A stretch of DNA of 59,479 bases from a virus (taxonomy: Duplodnaviria > Caudoviricetes), in IMG/VR virus record IMGVR_UViG_3300036761_004206, positions 1 through 59,479 of that record; one strand, given 5' to 3'. The notes below the pieces were generated by a model. That model was given only the letters and a program-made list of their open reading frames with translations. It was not told the DNA's origin and searched no databases. A program made the translations under genes and the position numbers. The stretch's first letter is position 1, and every line of letters begins with the position of its first letter. Positions 47,265 to 56,667 of this stretch are shown here, one piece after another.

Positions 47265-47528
47265 ATGAGAACTTTTAATGAATTTATAGAATCAATAGAT
47301 TATAACCAGCAGTTGCAACAAATAATGCAACGACAAGAAAGGGAACTTGAACAAGTTAAGATGACAGGTGACATTAATCAGATGATTCAGACAATGGAAC
47401 GTCACGCGGCAGAAATAAAGGAATGGCAGTCTCAACTCGCTCAAATTCGAAATAACTTACCTCCCCGTAATCCGCCACAGCTACCAGATGAACTAAATAT
47501 AGATAAAATTCTTGGGCGAAGACACTAG
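47265..47528 (+). CDS. small Gln-rich coiled-coil protein with CTS-like N-terminus
   Basis: Begins MRTFNEFIE, close to T4 internal-protein CTS MKTYQEFIAE. Confidence 0.7.
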   Translation: MRTFNEFIESIDYNQQLQQIMQRQERELEQVKMTGDINQMIQTMERHAAEIKEWQSQLAQIRNNLPPRNPPQLPDELNIDKILGRRH

Positions 47529-47536
47529 ACTAATGC

Positions 47537-49366
47537 ATGGTAGTAAAAACAGAAAATCAAGAATTGAATGAAAAGATGGCGATGTCTGGCCAGCGGCCAT
47601 TACGCCATCGTTATAAAGAAAGTAATTGTGAACCGCACACGCGCGTCGATGATGCTGGCGATGCTGAAAGAACCGATTATGGTAAATTAAGTCAATGGAC
47701 CACAGGTGACGGAAAGCGATTTCTCCCCGCAGGCATTACTAAAGAGCAACTCCCGCCTGCCGTCTATGAAATTCACCATTCTGCTCAATTAGGCTTATAT
47801 TTTCAGAAAATTCCTGTCCGCACCGAAGGTTTATTAAGATTCCCACAAACCAATTCTGAGCGAGTCCTGAAAGAAATTGAAACTTTTTGGGACCGTGAGA
47901 ACCTGTTTACTGAATTTTCAATTACTTACAAGCGCGGCATTATTCTATGGGGACCGCCAGGATGTTTGGCTGCGGATACACATATTGCATATGCTTCCTA
48001 CGGGCCTGATGGCAAGAGACGATCTCATAAAGGCGGGACAATAGAAAGGTTGTATCAGGTTTTCAATAGATTGATTGGCAGTGGAAAAGGAAGATATCAA
48101 ATTGCACCAAAAGATTCTGTTTATATGGTTTCTTCTGTGGATGATGAAGGCAGAATATTTAAAAATAAAATAGTTAATGTTGTTTATAGTGGAATTAAAA
48201 AATGTTTCAAACTACGAACTGTTAGCGGATTTGAGATAGAGACAACAAACGATCACAAGTTTTGGAATGGAGATAAATATATTGCCTTAAAGGATTTAAA
48301 AGTAGGGGACATGCTACATGTTCATAAAAATACTATAAAAAACATTTCAGAGCATAATGAAAAAAAACAAAGAAAATATTGGTATGTTAAAAATCACCCA
48401 TGCGCTAGAACCAAAATAATAGATAAATATGCATATAAGGTTTTATCTTTGGCAAGAGCGGTCGTTGAAGCCAAAATGAATAATTTAAAGTTAGATGAAT
48501 ACAAAAATTTATTAAATAGTAATGAATCTATAGAGTTACAATTTCTACCACAAGACGTAGATGTTCACCATAAAGATGAGAATTGTGCCAATGATAGTTT
48601 AGATAATTTAGAAATTTTTAATCACGCAGAACACGCTAAGCATCATGGTATGAATCAGGATTTATATTATATTACCACACCAGATACAATAGAATCTATA
48701 GTAGAAGTGGGAGAAAAAGAAACATATGATATTCAGATGGAGATGCCATATAATAATTTTGTGGCCGCTAATTTTGTAGTTCATAATAGTGGCAAGACCT
48801 GCACTGTCAACCTAATTATGAAGGATGTGGTTGATCGTAACGGTGTTGTAATTAAGTTCACCAATCCTGGTCTTTTTATCGAAGGCATGAGAGTTTTAAG
48901 AGAGATTCAGGCTACAACACCGATTGTTGTTTTGATGGAAGACATTGATTCAATTATCGAGCATTATGAAGAGTCTCCAGTTTTGAACATCCTTGATGGT
49001 GTGGAGAATATTAGCAAGGTGATTTTCTTGGCGACTACGAATTACCCTGAAATGCTTGGACCGCGTATTGTTAATAGGCCATCTAGATTTGACAAGAGAT
49101 TTAAAATTCCATATCCTAATGTCGAATCAAGAACCATGTATTTCAAGCATCTTTGTGGCACTAAGAAGCCAGAAGAATTAAAGATCGACATTAAGAAATG
49201 GGTCAAAGACACTGAAGATTTCAGTATTGCTCACTTGAAAGAATTGTTCGTTGCTGTTATTATTCTTGGCGATGAGTACGCGGAAGCATTAGAAAACCTG
49301 AGCAAGATGAAAGAAAAAATATCTTCCAGTGAAGATATAGACAAGTTGATGGGCTTCAAGAGATGA
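47537..49366 (+). CDS. AAA+ ATPase, intein-containing
   Basis: KRGIILWGPPG|SGKT Walker A split by intein, VLMEDID Walker B, LNILDG, ATTNYPE, NRPSRFD arginine finger. Confidence 0.92.
   Translation: MVVKTENQELNEKMAMSGQRPLRHRYKESNCEPHTRVDDAGDAERTDYGKLSQWTTGDGKRFLPAGITKEQLPPAVYEIHHSAQLGLYFQKIPVRTEGLLRFPQTNSERVLKEIETFWDRENLFTEFSITYKRGIILWGPPGCLAADTHIAYASYGPDGKRRSHKGGTIERLYQVFNRLIGSGKGRYQIAPKDSVYMVSSVDDEGRIFKNKIVNVVYSGIKKCFKLRTVSGFEIETTNDHKFWNGDKYIALKDLKVGDMLHVHKNTIKNISEHNEKKQRKYWYVKNHPCARTKIIDKYAYKVLSLARAVVEAKMNNLKLDEYKNLLNSNESIELQFLPQDVDVHHKDENCANDSLDNLEIFNHAEHAKHHGMNQDLYYITTPDTIESIVEVGEKETYDIQMEMPYNNFVAANFVVHNSGKTCTVNLIMKDVVDRNGVVIKFTNPGLFIEGMRVLREIQATTPIVVLMEDIDSIIEHYEESPVLNILDGVENISKVIFLATTNYPEMLGPRIVNRPSRFDKRFKIPYPNVESRTMYFKHLCGTKKPEELKIDIKKWVKDTEDFSIAHLKELFVAVIILGDEYAEALENLSKMKEKISSSEDIDKLMGFKR
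47963..48787 (+). mobile_element. intein with HNH endonuclease domain
   Basis: Starts CLAADT, block B TTNDHKF, VHHKDENCANDSLDNLEIF..AEHAKHH, block F TYDIQM, ends VVHN before Ser. Confidence 0.92.
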
Positions 49367-49683
49367 AAAACTTTCTGAACAAGTGCCTTAAACTACTCGG
49401 TTTATTCTGGTCCTTCGTTCTCTTGTTTATCATCGCCAGTTGCTTAGAGGGACTTGTTCTTTCATATTTATGGGCATGGTTCGTAGTCCCATTGGGGCTG
49501 CGTCCAGTTTCCATCATCCATGCCATAGGCATATGCGTGTTATTAGATTTCGTCATGTATACTTACGGTGATTATAGAAATAGTGAATCTGCTAGTTTAA
49601 GCTCTTGCTTGGCTTATATCCTTATCAGACCTATAGTTGCAATGACTGTAGGCGCAGCAGTACATTATGGAATGGTTCTATGA
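49363..49683 (+). CDS. multi-TM membrane protein
   Basis: LSYLWAWFVVP.G.. hydrophobic helices; coupled to AAA gene. Confidence 0.7.
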   Translation: MKNFLNKCLKLLGLFWSFVLLFIIASCLEGLVLSYLWAWFVVPLGLRPVSIIHAIGICVLLDFVMYTYGDYRNSESASLSSCLAYILIRPIVAMTVGAAVHYGMVL

Positions 49684-50126
49684 AAATAATGATAAGTGGT
49701 CACAGGAAAGAAAAACTGACTGCTTACTCTCAAGAATGGATCATCCTTGCGATTGATGCTATGGTTCATCAATTGTATCAAGATGGCTTCATGTCCTGCG
49801 GACTTTCTGGTATGGCTAGCGGAGTAGACTTGTGGTTTTGTGAAGCTTGTACATCTGCTGGTATTCCTTATATTGCATATATTCCGTTTGCAGGACAAGA
49901 ACTTCTTATGTTAGAGGAAGATGCTATTTTAAGAGATAAGTTAATTAAGAATGCCATTGGCGTTAAACAGGTTCGTAATCGAGTTATGGTTGAAGAGTGT
50001 CAGAAGGCGATTGTTGTGTGGGATGGCAATAAGGGTGGTACTCATAATTGTTTTCAGCAACTGATAGAAGCTAAAAAAGATATTTGGTGGCTTAATCCCG
50101 TTAAAGAGAGGATGTTCTTGGTATGA
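49680..50126 (+). CDS. SLOG family protein (YspA/DUF1273-like)
   Basis: MKIMISGHR, SGMASGVDLW, IPF.GQE, RNRVMVE, VWDG.KGGT.N. Confidence 0.85.
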   Translation: MKIMISGHRKEKLTAYSQEWIILAIDAMVHQLYQDGFMSCGLSGMASGVDLWFCEACTSAGIPYIAYIPFAGQELLMLEEDAILRDKLIKNAIGVKQVRNRVMVEECQKAIVVWDGNKGGTHNCFQQLIEAKKDIWWLNPVKERMFLV

Positions 50127-50536
50127 AACTAGCAATCGTTGGAAGTCGTGAATTCAAAAACGAAAACAAAGTACGAAAACTTCTGGAACTTTACATCAAG
50201 CAATATGGCTTCGAAAATGTAACAGTTGTCAGTGGTGGCTGTCCAGATGGTGCAGATTTTTTGGCACGCAAAGTCGCTCTGGATATGGGATTAGATTACG
50301 TCGAATTTCCACCGAAACATCGTCCCCATAATCCCTATTGCATTTGTCCCGCCAATGAATATAATATGCCCTATCACGTTTCCAACTTCTTTGTCCGAAA
50401 CAGCCAAATCGCAGAACACTGTGAGCATTTAGTTGCCTTTACTATCAAGGGTGTTCGTTGTAATGGAACAATGGATACAGCGACAAAAGCGAAAAAGATG
50501 GGGAAAAAAGTTTTTGTTTATGAAGATGGAAAATGA
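50123..50536 (+). CDS. SLOG family protein (DUF2493/YspA-like)
   Basis: LAIVGSREF, VVSGGCPDGAD.LA, RNSQIAE, AF...GT.DT...AKK.GK. Confidence 0.85.
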   Translation: MKLAIVGSREFKNENKVRKLLELYIKQYGFENVTVVSGGCPDGADFLARKVALDMGLDYVEFPPKHRPHNPYCICPANEYNMPYHVSNFFVRNSQIAEHCEHLVAFTIKGVRCNGTMDTATKAKKMGKKVFVYEDGK

Positions 50537-50582
50537 TATTGATTTTTATTTTCTGGCGCGGTATTCTCTCGTAGAGGTAAAA

Positions 50583-51368
50583 ATGACAAAACGTAGAGAA
50601 TATATTGACTACATAAAGGCAAATGAGAAAAGATGCAAAAGTGATCCTCAGGGGCTAATGGATGAACTCAAGAATAAGATAGGGAGAGAGCCATACCATT
50701 CTTTGAAAGACTACACTAAAGAAAAACTCGATTCTTTTTATCATTCAGATGGTTGGATATGTGCTTCAAACATTGGATGGATCAGGGACGATGAAAGATG
50801 CAAGGATTGCAATGTGAAAGTAGATCGGTCAGAAATGAGGCTCCACCATATCACCAATGATAATTATTATGGCTTGTACATGGATGAATTAAAAACTCTG
50901 TGTATACCTTGTCATGACAAAAAACTGAACTCAAAGAACGGGAACAAGGGGAAACGCCCACCTGTTGACAACAACAAAGAACCAATTACTATGAAAGAAA
51001 GAAAAGTTATGAACATGTGTCAGGAAGTTAGAAATTACTTTGAAAAAGAAGAAGAAGGCAAGTCGGTGTTGGCGGCTGTTTTATCGCGTGAATTAACTCC
51101 GTGTGAAGCATATGATAAATACCTTTATGCGAGGTTTGGAGAGAAGCGGCCTGATACTCCTATAGGGTATTATGGGGCTATGCATAAGGCATTGCAGGGA
51201 AAGGGTTATAAGCACGACCGCAGCAAGCAAGCTGATAACAGTAAGATTGCAGCGAAGAAGAGTCCCACGCCAAAGAAAGCGGAGCAGCCGAACAGGGGGT
51301 CTAGCAAACCTTCAATTGAAGAACTAATTGACGCCACAGTGTATTTAAGACGGCTTGGCAAGATTTGA
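50583..51368 (+). CDS. HNH endonuclease-domain protein
   Basis: RDDERCKDC, LHHI, L.TLCIPCH; start placed at MTKRREY after GAGG. Confidence 0.7.
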   Translation: MTKRREYIDYIKANEKRCKSDPQGLMDELKNKIGREPYHSLKDYTKEKLDSFYHSDGWICASNIGWIRDDERCKDCNVKVDRSEMRLHHITNDNYYGLYMDELKTLCIPCHDKKLNSKNGNKGKRPPVDNNKEPITMKERKVMNMCQEVRNYFEKEEEGKSVLAAVLSRELTPCEAYDKYLYARFGEKRPDTPIGYYGAMHKALQGKGYKHDRSKQADNSKIAAKKSPTPKKAEQPNRGSSKPSIEELIDATVYLRRLGKI

Positions 51369-51383
51369 TTTTTCGAAAATATT

Positions 51384-51431
51384 TAGTAAGAACTATCAAG
51401 AAAATAAAAGTTTTCTTGATAGTTCTTACTA
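51384..51431. repeat. 21-bp perfect inverted repeat (6-nt loop) upstream of endonuclease gene
   Basis: TAGTAAGAACTATCAAGAAAA / TTTTCTTGATAGTTCTTACTA. Confidence 0.9.
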
Positions 51432-51440
51432 TTTTAGGGC

Positions 51441-52250
51441 ATGAATACAGGAATAAGATTACAATTCGATTTCGTCAAGCAGTTCTTTGCCGATCAGTGG
51501 TGCGAGCTTCTGGAAAAGACCTACAAGAATGCCAGGACAAAGATGAAATATCGCTGTTCTTGTGGCAATATTTCAAGTATAGTGTTCGACAGCTTTCGGC
51601 AGGGCAACAGATGCAGGAAGTGTGGTGGGAAGAAGTGTGCGGATAAGCAACGCTACACCCAAGAGGAAGTCGCCAAAATATTTGAGGCTGGTGGCTGCAA
51701 ATTGCTCGGTGAATACAAGGGAGCTTTAACGCCAGTTAAATACGAGTGTTCTTGTGGCAGACAGTCCAAAATTTTGATAAATACCTTTAAGTTAGGTGGC
51801 AGGTGTAAGGTCTGTGGCACTAAGAAACGTTCAGGTGAGAACCACTATGAATGGCGACAAGATCGGGAGGCGAAGCACAAGGAAGATTTATTTCGCCAAC
51901 GATGTTACAAGTTGGTTAGAATGTCCTTGAATGTAACTGGACGAGTTAAAAATAAACGAACAGCCGAGTTGTTGGGATATGATTACAAACAGTTGCAAGA
52001 ACATATTACACAACATATAAACTACAAATTAGTCAAAGATGGGAAATGGCATATTGACCATATATTCCCGATCAAGGCTTTTAAAGATCATGGCATCTCT
52101 GATTTATCTTTGATTAACTGCTTAGAGAACCTCAGACCGATATCTCAATTTGAGAACAGCAGTAAGAATGCAAAGTATGATGTAATTGAATTTAGAAAAT
52201 GGCTTATAAAAAGAGGAGTCAAATATGACATTGCCAATTGTCGGATTTGA
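51441..52250 (+). mobile_element. HNH-type homing endonuclease with duplicated zinc-ribbon modules
   Basis: Two YxCSCG...RCxxCG modules; WHIDHIFPI...NLRPI...N..K. Confidence 0.82.
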
Positions 52251-55200
52251 ACATTTGCATTTACATAGTGACCGAAGCCTTCTCGATGGTTTTGGGACTC
52301 CTAAAGAGTATGCCGAAAAGTGGAAGCATCATGGTAAGTATTTGTGTATTAGCGATCATGGAATGATGGCAGCAATCCCCTCGCAACTTAGGGAATGTCA
52401 AGCCAATAATTTGACGGCAGTGATAGCCTGTGAATTATACGTCAATCCTCTACAAATTGAATACAATAACGAGAAAGAATGGAAAGATTACATCAAGTCT
52501 CTTTCACCCGAAGATGCTAAATCCCTACGGAAAAGCTACCACCTGCTAGCTATAGCCTATAACAATGTCGGCTATAGCAACCTCGTTACACTTACTTCGC
52601 TGGCCCATCTTAAAGGGTTCTATTACCGACCCCGCCTGAATCACAAGCAGTTGATGCAGTATAAGGAAGGCATCATATTCACTTCCTGCTGCTATATGAG
52701 TGAAATCGCCCAAGCATTCGATCATGGCGGTGAAGAAGCTGGCTTCGCCATGATCGAAAAGTACATGGCGATGTTCGGCAAGGATTTCCGTCTTGAATTG
52801 ATGCTTCTGGACTTCCACAAACAAAAGCCTTATGACGCCTTTATTATCAAGGCTCACCTAAAGTACGGCATCCCGTTAATCATTACCAATGACTGTCACT
52901 TCTGCGAAGCTGGCCACAGCAAGTTCCAGCAGTTGATGTTGATGGTGCAGACAAAATATACTTTCAAAGATGTTAAAGAGAGAATGGAGAAGTCGGGCGA
53001 CCAAGACTTTTTCTTCATGCAGGACAAGAACCTCTACATGAAGATAGAGGAAGAAATCAATGCCAAGTATGATAGTGATTACAGCGACGTAATCCCTTAT
53101 GAGCTTTTCGAACAAGCCAAGAAGAATACGGTCGAAATTTGCCGTTCGGTGAACGTGACGCTTGACCGTTCGATGAAACTTCCTATCTGGCCTGATGCCG
53201 ATGAAAAACTGAAAGAGGAAGTGATTAAGGGATTCAAGCGGCGCGGTCTGCCGTTTACAAAAGAATATCAAATGCGGCTCAAGGAAGAATTTGAGTTAAT
53301 TTTTGGTTTGAAGTTTTCTAGTTACTTCCTAATTCTCAAGGTTACTGTTGATGAAGCACGACGTTATTCGATGGAAATGTTCGGAACGCCTAACTGCGTA
53401 GGTCCAGGTCGCGGATCGGATGTTGGTTCATTGGTTTGTTACTGTCTGGGTATAACTAACGTCAACCCAATTAAACATGGCTTATTGTTTAGCCGATTCT
53501 TGAGCAAGGCTCGTAAAGATTGGCCTGATGCTGACGTTGACTTTATACCGCAGGTTAGAGATTATCTAAAGAACGAATGGGCTGCTAAGTATTTCGGTGC
53601 TGACCGCGTATGCAATATTGGCAGTTACAATACGTTTGGTATTAAGAGTAGCTTGATTGACATGGCGCGAGTCCATGATAAGGACCGCTATGAGATTCTT
53701 AACTTAACTACGAAGATTGGGTTAAAGGACGACGATGGAAATGTAATGACCTGGGATCGCGCCTTGGAAATGTTCCCTGAATTAAAGAAATATTGTGACG
53801 ATAACCCTGATGTGGCGGAAGCGGCCCAAATGATGGTGGGCCGCAGTCGCAGCATGGGTAAGCACGCTGGCGGTATCGTGATTTCCAGCGAACCAATTGC
53901 CAAGTATGTTCCGTTAGTTCGTGGTGGTGAAGGCGAACCTGTATCAGCCTGGACAGAAGGTTTACACGATCAAGACCTTCAGCCGATGGGGTTCATTAAA
54001 TATGACTGGTTGGTAATTACCAACCTATTACAGATTAATTACGCCTGCAAGTTGATTAAGGAACGTTATGGTTTAGCGAATCTATGGGCCAAAGATGGGC
54101 TTGAAGACTTCTCCGATGACAACTTTATTGATGACGCTAAAGCAATTGTGATGGCTAATGAAGCTGATCTAAAGGGTGTTTTCCAATTTGATTCGGAAGG
54201 CATTAGGAAGTTAGTTCAGCGTGCAGGTATCAGTAACTTTGATGACTTGGTGGCTATTACTGCTTTATATCGTCCTGGCCCAATGGGTGAAGGACAACAC
54301 GACGAATTCTGCTTGCGTAAGCGTGGTGAGAAACCTTATGAGTTACACCCGATCCTCCAGCCTATCCTTGGGAATACCTATGGCGTTATCTGCTTCCAAG
54401 AGCAGTGCATGAAGATATTTCACGCCGTAGGTCTAATTCCATTGGAAGATTGCTACAACCTGATTAAAGCCATCAGCAAAAAGAAAAAGGATATATTTGA
54501 GAAGTATAAGATTCAGTTTATCGAAAATGGCCAAAAGACCCTTGGTTGGCCATTGGAAGAAGTTGAAGCTCTGTGGAAACAACTAGAAGGCTTCGCAGGG
54601 TATGCCTTTAACCTAAGTCATGCTGTGGCTTACACTTATATCTCTTTCATGCTTCTGGTTTTGAAGGCTCATTATCCTTTGGAATTCTATGCGTCGATTT
54701 TGCACTATGAATCGGACGCTGAGAAGATGAAGGAATACAAGCGTGATGCTGAGCGTCACGAAATTAAAGTAGAGCCATTGGATTTGAACAAATCCAGGGT
54801 CTATTTTGATATTACGGAAGACAGGATTTACTTTGGTTTTGCTAATGTCAAGGGCGTTGGCGAGGCGGTTGCGGAGCGAATTGTGACTAATCAGCCTTAT
54901 ACTTCTTTCACTGACTTATTGAACAAATATGGTACGGACGAGAGCGTGATTAAGCCGTTGATTGGGTTGGGGTTATTTACCAAGGATGGAAAGCCAGAAA
55001 CGCTTTACAAGTATTACAAGTGGTATAAGGACATTAAAGAGAAGCGTGATGCTAGAAGAAAAAGATACGAAGCCTCTTTGAAGCGTTATGATGACGAAGA
55101 AATGGGAATTCTGGAAGATGGTCCGTGGTCTGACGAAGAAAAACAGAAGATGGTAGAGGATGTTACTAAGAGACGGCAGCGGACTGTTGAATTATATGGT

Positions 55201-55767
55201 AAAAAACCGACTGATAAAGACCCAATTCCACCTTTGAGCCAATTTCTATTGGAACAAACCTTGAAGGATGTTGCAGAGGAAGATAAGGAACCAGAGATTG
55301 ACGATAAGTTGATTAAATTGTTGAACAATGCAGAGGAATGCGAACAATTGTTTTATGGGTTCTTGTGGCATCATCCTATTAGGAATAGTCCTGATTATGA
55401 AGGTAATAGAACATTTGAAGTATTCAGGGAGCGGGGTGAGCCAATTGGTTATGTGGAAGTGATATTGAAATCTGTTACCAAACAAACTTCCAAGAAAAAT
55501 AAAGATGTTCATTATTGGTTGCTCAAGGCGGAAGACGCTAATGGTGAAGAGGCGTTCATTCAAGTATGGGAAGATGATTGGATTAGATTTGGGCCAGAAT
55601 TAAAAGAAGGTGAATTGGTTAAATTGCAGATTAAGCCGCCTGATAAGGGATTTAATCGGTACACACTTTGGACACCTAAGAAGTGGCCTAAGTGGGAGTA
55701 CGACAAGTTAATCCCGAAGGACAAGGCATTTGATTTAAGGGTGGTCCCTTTACGAAAGGGGAATTAA
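52225..55767 (+). CDS. dnaE: DNA polymerase III alpha subunit (C family)
   Basis: PHP HLHLHSDRSLLDG, SDHG, TNDCH; GPGRGS, PDADVDF catalytic motif, KHAGG, GVFQF, ALYRPGP, YAFNLSHAVAY; AGGAG RBS. Confidence 0.97.
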   Translation: MTLPIVGFEHLHLHSDRSLLDGFGTPKEYAEKWKHHGKYLCISDHGMMAAIPSQLRECQANNLTAVIACELYVNPLQIEYNNEKEWKDYIKSLSPEDAKSLRKSYHLLAIAYNNVGYSNLVTLTSLAHLKGFYYRPRLNHKQLMQYKEGIIFTSCCYMSEIAQAFDHGGEEAGFAMIEKYMAMFGKDFRLELMLLDFHKQKPYDAFIIKAHLKYGIPLIITNDCHFCEAGHSKFQQLMLMVQTKYTFKDVKERMEKSGDQDFFFMQDKNLYMKIEEEINAKYDSDYSDVIPYELFEQAKKNTVEICRSVNVTLDRSMKLPIWPDADEKLKEEVIKGFKRRGLPFTKEYQMRLKEEFELIFGLKFSSYFLILKVTVDEARRYSMEMFGTPNCVGPGRGSDVGSLVCYCLGITNVNPIKHGLLFSRFLSKARKDWPDADVDFIPQVRDYLKNEWAAKYFGADRVCNIGSYNTFGIKSSLIDMARVHDKDRYEILNLTTKIGLKDDDGNVMTWDRALEMFPELKKYCDDNPDVAEAAQMMVGRSRSMGKHAGGIVISSEPIAKYVPLVRGGEGEPVSAWTEGLHDQDLQPMGFIKYDWLVITNLLQINYACKLIKERYGLANLWAKDGLEDFSDDNFIDDAKAIVMANEADLKGVFQFDSEGIRKLVQRAGISNFDDLVAITALYRPGPMGEGQHDEFCLRKRGEKPYELHPILQPILGNTYGVICFQEQCMKIFHAVGLIPLEDCYNLIKAISKKKKDIFEKYKIQFIENGQKTLGWPLEEVEALWKQLEGFAGYAFNLSHAVAYTYISFMLLVLKAHYPLEFYASILHYESDAEKMKEYKRDAERHEIKVEPLDLNKSRVYFDITEDRIYFGFANVKGVGEAVAERIVTNQPYTSFTDLLNKYGTDESVIKPLIGLGLFTKDGKPETLYKYYKWYKDIKEKRDARRKRYEASLKRYDDEEMGILEDGPWSDEEKQKMVEDVTKRRQRTVELYGKKPTDKDPIPPLSQFLLEQTLKDVAEEDKEPEIDDKLIKLLNNAEECEQLFYGFLWHHPIRNSPDYEGNRTFEVFRERGEPIGYVEVILKSVTKQTSKKNKDVHYWLLKAEDANGEEAFIQVWEDDWIRFGPELKEGELVKLQIKPPDKGFNRYTLWTPKKWPKWEYDKLIPKDKAFDLRVVPLRKGN

Positions 55768-55805
55768 TCAAATGAATTTCTAATTCAGCGTTCTATATAT
55801 TTATT

Positions 55806-56441
55806 ATGAATGCTGAATTAGAAAAATGGATGGACGTGTGGGAGAAGGCGCAGGAGAAAGGTATTTTCCCTGAAACGCCAAAAGAACAAGAAATTAACCC
55901 ACAGGTATATCAAACTGATTATTTTGGGAATGTTCGTAGTCCTGCTCTTGGGAGTGACAAGAATCACGCCATGTTAAATGAGTGCGATACCAAGTATTGG
56001 AAACAGGTTTGTAAGCTTGCGAAGGGTGAGAAGCTTGACGAACAGACTTCTAAAATAGACGGTATTGGTAGTGAAGAACCGTTAGCATCTGAGCCACAGG
56101 GTAAGTTAAGGGATGTTCCTACTAAGGCTGACTTGGGTGTAAAAGCTGCGGAGTTGGGTAATACAGCCAATCCAGTAGAACCGCCATCCCGTGGGGACGA
56201 TTCCCGCAAGCATGTAACGCCAGAATGGGCAGATGGCAAGGGATTGCGCGAATTGGTTTATATGAAGCACAACCTCTATAATTTAGAGGTTAAAATCAAT
56301 TCTAATCCAAAGTTTGGTGCTTATGGAGAAGACGTGCCTGAAATTAAGAAGATTCAGGGGCAGATAGACGAATTAAAGCATAAGATTGATGAGCTAAGCA
56401 ATTCATTAAGTCCAGATTTCATTCAGGACGAATTATCATAA
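55806..56441 (+). CDS. hypothetical protein with C-terminal coiled coil
   Basis: 211-aa ORF; TATATA just upstream and no SD. Confidence 0.7.
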   Translation: MNAELEKWMDVWEKAQEKGIFPETPKEQEINPQVYQTDYFGNVRSPALGSDKNHAMLNECDTKYWKQVCKLAKGEKLDEQTSKIDGIGSEEPLASEPQGKLRDVPTKADLGVKAAELGNTANPVEPPSRGDDSRKHVTPEWADGKGLRELVYMKHNLYNLEVKINSNPKFGAYGEDVPEIKKIQGQIDELKHKIDELSNSLSPDFIQDELS

Positions 56442-56465
56442 ACACTTTAAAACCTTTACTACTTT

Positions 56466-56666
56466 ATGAGTAATAAAGGTTTTTTTATGAGTGAAACATT
56501 TTTCTTTTTAAAGTGCAAATCGTGTAATTGGTCACGCAAATCCAACGGGTTAAGTTCCGATTTAAAGGATTTGGCGCAAGTTGCCAATTGTGCTAAGTGC
56601 AGTGGTAGAAAATTCAAATGTCCTAAGTGCGGGCAACATGTAAAATTAATGAGAATTAGGAGTTAA
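56466..56666 (+). CDS. small zinc-ribbon protein
   Basis: CKSC, CAKC, CPKC; true start may be the second Met. Confidence 0.65.
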   Translation: MSNKGFFMSETFFFLKCKSCNWSRKSNGLSSDLKDLAQVANCAKCSGRKFKCPKCGQHVKLMRIRS

Positions 56667-56667
56667 T

